Shown here piece after piece: positions 56,850 through 64,000 of a stretch of DNA of 64,000 nt. The DNA lies in the NCBI GenBank assembly GCA_963849325.1, contig CAWKHF010000002.1, forward strand, positions 32,001 to 96,000, in the 5' to 3' direction. Position 1 is the first letter of the stretch, and each line of letters begins with the position of its first letter. This DNA comes from an uncultured Planctomycetota bacterium. Its GTDB lineage: Bacteria; Planctomycetota; Planctomycetia; Gemmatales; Gemmataceae. Made by a program: the position numbers and the translations under genes. The notes beneath the pieces are model-generated. The model did no database searches and had not been told where the DNA came from. It was given only the letters and a program-made list of their open reading frames with translations.

Positions 56850-57763
56850 TCAGAAAGGGGATTTGGAGGCCTTGCGTAGATCTTCGCGCTTCATGAGCCA
56901 ACGTTCGCCCTCCTGGATGGCCTCTTGCTGCTGGACTCGTTCGCTGTCCTGCTCGACCCAGGTGCGGCCGACGATCTCGCCTTCCGATTCGTACTCGATG
57001 ACCAGGCAGGTGAGGTCCACATCTTTTCCCATGTTCAACACCTGCGGCTGCGGCAGGACGCGGGCGTTGGCGTAGCGAACGCCGCTGGAGAAGCCGGGCA
57101 GACCGGCGAAGGCATCGTGGAAGGGATCGACCAGGGGTTGGCGCCAGCTCTGTCCGGGGCGTAAGCCGTGGATGCGGCTGACCGGATGCAGCGGCATGAC
57201 CACGGAACCATTGTACGAGAGGGGGGCAGCGGGGAGATCAATCTTCACCGTTCCCTCGCCGGAAACATCCGGGAGGGCAAGGTGAGCGAAGAGTTGTCCG
57301 TCGTGTACTTCTCCCCATAAACGAAGTTCAGGTTTCCATGGCGATGACGATTTGGAGGGAGACTTCGAGCTCAGGTTCACGTCCACTGCTTGCAACTGGC
57401 CGGGCGCGTGACGCGGTATTGACTGGACATGAACTGCACGTGCAACTTGGCCAGGGAGTAGGGATGCTTGGTGTCGATGGCATTGAATTCGGCATTCAGG
57501 GCGAAGATGTCGTTGTCCGCGTCGTAGTCCACCCACGTCGTGGCCCGAAAGATTCTCTGCAACGACGTGTCGCCCTCGCCTTGCCGCAGGACGTCCCAGT
57601 TCGTTTTCAGCCTGGGACCTTTTTGCACTTCCTCCACGAGGTCGATGTGGAAGGGCGGCGGCTCTCCGGGTCGCCATTCCGGCCAAAGGTCGTGATAGAC
57701 CAGCCAGGCCGTCGTTGCCAGCCAGAAGACGAGGATCGCCAAGCTCATCCACCGTGAAGGCAT
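56850..57763 (-). CDS. Membrane-anchored hypothetical protein (frameshift near 57400)
   Basis: MPSRWMSLAILVFWLATTAWLV anchor; C-terminal GQSWRQPLVDP..CLVIEY..RTWV. Confidence 0.7.
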
Positions 57764-57886
57764 GATTGGTCTCGTTCCCGTCTCCCATGAAGATACAGAC
57801 AATACCTCATTCATTGTCGCACAGAGGCGCGGACAGACAAGTAGGGTGGATCGAGTGGCACGAGAACCACCGGCGGCCGCCGCTGT

Positions 57887-60313
57887 TCATGGCGTCTTCC
57901 TCCGCCCATTGCCGGTATCGAGCACGCAGACCCACTTTCGGCCGCCCATGCGTGCGTGACCGAAGCCGATGCGCTCCAGCTCCGGCGCCAGCAGCGGGAT
58001 GCGATGGTACAGCGTGGACATCCAGCCGTCGATGCACGTCCGCGGGTCGAGCACGACGGCGATCACCGATTCCTTCGCCGCCCGCGCTCCCTCCACCGTC
58101 GCGCCGGGCAGGCCCGCATCTTCCCGGTGTACTCCCAGCCCCTGCGCCGCTGAGTGTTTGGCGTTAAGAGCCAGGTAGCGGGTGTGGGACTGACAACCGC
58201 GTGACAGTTCCGTATCGAGACGAACCGCCGGCAGACCGGCAGCCCCGCGCACCGCGTTCACCCGCGCCAGGACCTTCTCATTGAGATCGTCCGCAAAGCG
58301 ATCCGGCTGCCGAATCGTGGTGAAGCTCCAGCTTCGTTTCCACGGCTGGCCATCCACCTCGGCCTGGAACGTCACGGTATAGCGAGTGTCCGGCTTCAGT
58401 GGTGCGCGGGGGACCAGGCAGATCGCTCGCTGGGGGAAGTCGGCGATGGCCGGCTTCTCCGGCGTCGAAAGCCAGCCCTCCACCGCCTCGCCCTTGTCCT
58501 CGACGATCTTCGCCGTCGCCTCCGTCACCGTGGCGCGAGCCAGGAACTCCGCCGTGATGGCGTAGCCGGTCTCGCGGTCCTTCTTCTCGGGCGGAATGGG
58601 GCTCGGCACTTCCTCGGGAGGATAAAGGAGCGGAACTTCTTTCTGGTCCGGCGCGGGGTAGAGGATCTCCTCGGTCGGGGTGAATCGTCCGCGCTCGCGC
58701 CGCAGGTCCATGACCCAGATCCAACCGCCGCGCGCGAACGGCGTATAACCCAACCCCAGCGCCTGCAAACGCGGATCGAGCAACTGCGACCGGCTGATGA
58801 TCGAATCGACGAGTCCGGTCACGGCTTCGACCGGCCCGCCGCCGCCCTGGATCGCCGCTCGCCGAGCGATGGCCGCACCCGCCGCCGTGTAGCTGGGCAG
58901 GTCGCGCTTCTCCTCGTTCCAGTTGAGCATGGGATCGCCGGGCGCATTCGCCCCCAGGTAGAGAGCGTGGGCGGCGCACGCCTTCGACAGCTCGGTGTCG
59001 AGAGGGACCGGCCGTAAGCCGGCGCGGCGGCGCAGCTCATTCAGCGTCCGCAGCAGCGTGCCGGCGGTCTCGTGACGGATCTCGCCGTCGCTGAGCGTCG
59101 TGAAGCTCCATTTCGCCGACCACGGCTCGCCGTCGATTCGCGCCGTTACTTCGATGGTGTAGCGGCGGTTCGGCCGCAGCGGCTGGCGAGCGATCAGGCA
59201 GATCGTGCCGCGCTGGGCGTCGGCGTAGCGCGGATTGGCCGGCTTCTCCGGCGACGACAACCACACCGCGATGTCCGACTCGTCCTTGTCGCTCAGGCGG
59301 GCGGTCACGGACTCGACGCGCGTCCGCGGCGCAAAGGTGAGCGTAATGGGATAACCGGCCAGCTTGTTCGCCGCCGTTGCCTCGGGGAGCGGGTCGGGCG
59401 TCTCGTTGCCGGGGAACCACAGCGGTACGCGCATCTGTCCCGGCGCCGGATAGACCCTCGCGCCGGTCACGGCCGAGGTCGGCGATAGTCCGCGGTCGAT
59501 GCCACTGGCCCAGTCGAACACGGAAAACCACTGCCCCGCCGTGTTGCGAGCGAAGCCGGCGCCGAAGGTTCGCAAGCGCGGTTCGAGGATCACCGCTCGC
59601 CGGGCCGGTTCCTTCAGCCACTTTTCGATAGCGGCCAACGGCTCCTCCGCCGCCTGAAAATCCGGCCCTTCGTCGGCCAACCGGGAGGGGTTACGGGCGA
59701 GATTGTCGGCCTGTGACTGACACTTGCTTGACACGACCGCGTTGAGAAAGACCGGCTCTAGCCCTGCTTTCGCACGATGGACATTGACGGCATCCACAAT
59801 CTGAAATTCCAGCTCCGGAGGCCAATCGTCCGCCAGCGCGATCTCTTTCTTCTCCTCGACGGGCGGCGAGGCGGGTGGAGGCGGCGGCTTCTCGATGACG
59901 GAAGGTTTGTAGTCGGGTGACTTCTTCTCGGGTGGCTTCGTTTCCACCGCCGCGCTCGGCGCGTCCGCGGCGACGGGTTTCTCTTCCGCGGGCGTACTCG
60001 GCGGGACGGGAACCTTGGCGAGGGCAACCGGCTCGGGTTTGTGGTCAATCGAACGCACCAGCAGCCAGATTCCGCCTCCGGCGCTCGCCAACAACAGCAC
60101 GACGGCAAGGGCAACGAGGAGGACTTTGGGCGAATGGAGTCGTGTCCGGGCTCCCAGAGGTTGTTTCTCGGAGCGCGGAAGCAAACCCGCTCGCTCCGTC
60201 AAACGCGGCACGCGCATCCGCTGCCGGCACTTTGGGCACGTCACCGCCGTTCCCGCCTGCTCGGGACGGGCCGACAGAGAGACCTTGCACCTCGGACATG
60301 CGAAACGAATCAC
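57887..60313 (-). CDS. Zn-ribbon plus TM plus three CAP (SCP) domains with interleaved Ig-like domains
   Basis: CPRC..CPKC; three (V/L)N..R..AGL..V.L repeats; HRIPLL in the last; PL.P..RYT..W.FTT Ig-like repeats. Confidence 0.8.
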   Translation of the reverse strand: MIRFACPRCKVSLSARPEQAGTAVTCPKCRQRMRVPRLTERAGLLPRSEKQPLGARTRLHSPKVLLVALAVVLLLASAGGGIWLLVRSIDHKPEPVALAKVPVPPSTPAEEKPVAADAPSAAVETKPPEKKSPDYKPSVIEKPPPPPASPPVEEKKEIALADDWPPELEFQIVDAVNVHRAKAGLEPVFLNAVVSSKCQSQADNLARNPSRLADEGPDFQAAEEPLAAIEKWLKEPARRAVILEPRLRTFGAGFARNTAGQWFSVFDWASGIDRGLSPTSAVTGARVYPAPGQMRVPLWFPGNETPDPLPEATAANKLAGYPITLTFAPRTRVESVTARLSDKDESDIAVWLSSPEKPANPRYADAQRGTICLIARQPLRPNRRYTIEVTARIDGEPWSAKWSFTTLSDGEIRHETAGTLLRTLNELRRRAGLRPVPLDTELSKACAAHALYLGANAPGDPMLNWNEEKRDLPSYTAAGAAIARRAAIQGGGGPVEAVTGLVDSIISRSQLLDPRLQALGLGYTPFARGGWIWVMDLRRERGRFTPTEEILYPAPDQKEVPLLYPPEEVPSPIPPEKKDRETGYAITAEFLARATVTEATAKIVEDKGEAVEGWLSTPEKPAIADFPQRAICLVPRAPLKPDTRYTVTFQAEVDGQPWKRSWSFTTIRQPDRFADDLNEKVLARVNAVRGAAGLPAVRLDTELSRGCQSHTRYLALNAKHSAAQGLGVHREDAGLPGATVEGARAAKESVIAVVLDPRTCIDGWMSTLYHRIPLLAPELERIGFGHARMGGRKWVCVLDTGNGRRKTP

Positions 60314-60412
60314 CCGGCCCTCCTCCCTTCGCACCCGTCGTCCCTCTCCTCCCTCGCTCAGTATGACGGAGTTTCGCTCTCCTCGCAACGGTGGCGAATG
60401 CGCCGGAAACGA

Positions 60413-60480
60413 ACCGAGCCGCGACCGTCAGGGAGCGGGGAGTTGGTACTTCCCCCACTCCCTGACGGTCGCGGCTCGGT
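60413..60480. repeat. REP-like palindrome (GAGCCGCGACCGTCAGGGAG family)
   Basis: ACCGAGCCGCGACCGTCAGGGAG...CTCCCTGACGGTCGCGGCTCGGT downstream of dnaK. Confidence 0.85.
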
Positions 60481-60496
60481 CCTGTCCGCTCGGTCC

Positions 60497-62443
<1,947 letters not shown>

Positions 62444-62619
62444 CGCGTTGTTCTCCTTTCTGAACGGCCGTCCACGTCAAATGTCCCGCCATCCGGGTCT
62501 GATAGCGGCCGTCGGGTGTTCCGGGAAGTTAGGGAGGAACTCCCGGTCTTCTCTTGGAATTGCCGCACGATCCGGGAGATGTCTCCTCGTTGGAGTTAGT
62601 GCAAATCTGATCTTGTTAT

Positions 62620-62635
62620 AGCAACGATCATGCCA
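62620..62635 (-). promoter_or_regulatory. sigma54 -24/-12 promoter upstream of dnaK
   Basis: Minus strand TGGCATGATCGTTGCT. Confidence 0.7.
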
Positions 62636-62755
62636 GGAGGACCGGATTCGCCCCCTCTGCCCTAATTCTCTGTTGCTATCGGACTTAAAGAGACAGCCTT
62701 CTCGCTTCTTTGCTCGGGCTGAAGCCGCACTATCACGCTTTCCTGTCAAATTGAC

Positions 62756-62823
62756 AGGCGAACGGCCGGCGTGAGCTGGCTGGTGTCGTCTCCAACCAGC
62801 CGGCTCACGCCGGCCGTTCGCCT
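62756..62823. repeat. REP-like palindrome (GGCGAACGGCCGGCGT family), copy 2
   Basis: Arms match those at 54221-54290. Confidence 0.85.
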
Positions 62824-62883
62824 TTCTGCTCGGACGACAACAAGGCCAAAGTGGCAAATCCTCTTGAGTTTGCGTCCAATCCG

Positions 62884-62912
62884 TTGACACCCTGTTTACT
62901 CCCGAATAGACT
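62884..62912 (+). promoter_or_regulatory. sigma70-type promoter for pheA
   Basis: TTGACA-N17-TAGACT. Confidence 0.7.
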
Positions 62913-62953
62913 ACGGTGATATTTGTGACGCTACCTCTTGATGAGACTTCTCC

Positions 62954-64000
62954 ATGCCGCGCAAAGTCGAGGGCAACAGCACGACGGGCACCACCACGAC
63001 TCCCGCGCGCTCGCAAACGGCCCTGCGTAACCTTCGTTCTCAGATCGACAAACTGGACTTGCAGATCCTCAAGCTCGTCAACGAGCGCGCCGGGGTGGCG
63101 GCGGAGATCGGCAAGCTCAAAAATGACCACGGCGACGAGATCTTTTCCCCGGCCCGCGAGGAAGAGGTCCTGCAAAACATCCTCCAGCTCAACGAGAAGC
63201 ACAAAGGTCCGCTCGACGCCGGCACCGTCCGCGCCATTTTCCGCGAGATCATGAGCGGCTCGCGCGCCTTGCAGAAGGTGGTCAAGGTCGCTTACCTCGG
63301 GCCGGAGTACAGTTACAGTCACTTGGCCGCCGTCGATCGCTTCGGTCAGGCCGTCGAGTTCGTTGGCGTCGGCAGCATCGCCGCCGTCTTCGAGGAGGTC
63401 GAGCGCGGCCACGTCGATTTCGGGGTCGTGCCGGTCGAGAACTCGACCGATGGCCGCATCGCCGACACGCTGGACATGTTCATGCGGATGCCGCACCTGG
63501 CGATTTGCGCCGAGGTGCGTTTGCAGATTCACCATAATCTGCTGGCCAAGTGCGAGCAGCAGGAGGTCCGCCGCGTCTACAGCAAGCCGCAGGCGCTGTC
63601 GCAGTGCCGCAACTGGTTGGCCAAGAACGTGCCGCAAGCGTTGCTCAAGGAAGTGTCCAGCACGGCGACGGCAGCCGAGTTGGCCCAGCACGAACCCGGC
63701 GCCGCCGCCGTGGCCAGCCGACAGGCGGCCGTCAAGTACGGCCTGCGCATTCTCTTCACCGACATCGAGGATTCGCCCGGCAACGAGACGCGCTTCGCCG
63801 TCATCGGCCAGCAAAAGACCGGCAAGACCGGCCATGACAAGACGACGTTGATGTTCCGCATCCCGCACAATCCCGGCTCGCTGGTCGAAGCGCTGGACGT
63901 GTTCAAGCAGAACAAGATCAACCTGACGTGGATCGAATCGTTCCCTGGACCCCGGCGCCACACCGGCGATGCGGGCGAGGACCGCGCCGCCCTCAAGGCG
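62954..64000 (+). CDS. pheA: Chorismate mutase/prephenate dehydratase (runs off the right edge)
   Basis: Manual translation: LRSQIDKLDLQILKLVNERA, VAYLGPEYSYSH, VPVENSTDG, YSKPQALSQCRNWL, NETRF, INLTWIESFP. Confidence 0.95.
   Translation, partial: MPRKVEGNSTTGTTTTPARSQTALRNLRSQIDKLDLQILKLVNERAGVAAEIGKLKNDHGDEIFSPAREEEVLQNILQLNEKHKGPLDAGTVRAIFREIMSGSRALQKVVKVAYLGPEYSYSHLAAVDRFGQAVEFVGVGSIAAVFEEVERGHVDFGVVPVENSTDGRIADTLDMFMRMPHLAICAEVRLQIHHNLLAKCEQQEVRRVYSKPQALSQCRNWLAKNVPQALLKEVSSTATAAELAQHEPGAAAVASRQAAVKYGLRILFTDIEDSPGNETRFAVIGQQKTGKTGHDKTTLMFRIPHNPGSLVEALDVFKQNKINLTWIESFPGPRRHTGDAGEDRAALKA

Noticed and set aside
62590-62620. CIRCE element upstream of dnaK
   Set aside because: No TTAGCACTC-N9-GAGTGCTAA match on either strand

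Overview
High-GC bacterial chromosome segment, almost certainly from a planctomycete (Gemmataceae-like), judged by DUF1549/DUF1553 and DUF1501 genes, a TIGR02996-LRR protein, a Hanks kinase and abundant palindromic repeats. It is mostly core or metabolic: msrB, glpD, queA, tartrate/isopropylmalate dehydrogenase, ispA-dxs-nadK-acyP, cysQ, mtnA, hisN, nadE, dnaK, pheA and several ABC transporters. Many housekeeping genes carry 1-bp frameshifts, best explained as long-read consensus errors. The most striking unexplained element is intergenic (about 41615-41889, minus strand): a roughly 275-nt highly structured segment with a sigma54 -24/-12 promoter, four hairpins all capped by a C-rich UCCCC(C) loop, and a perfect intrinsic terminator, i.e. 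a candidate undescribed sigma54-dependent sRNA. Other highlights: three more sigma54 sites (including dnaK), a toxin/immunity-like gene pair, a protein built of about 7 tandem XRE-like HTH units, an ABC exporter with a degenerate ATPase domain, an 11-kb pair of giant repetitive envelope proteins, and a MITE nested inside a REP-like palindrome. All family calls are from motif recognition only; no searches were run.
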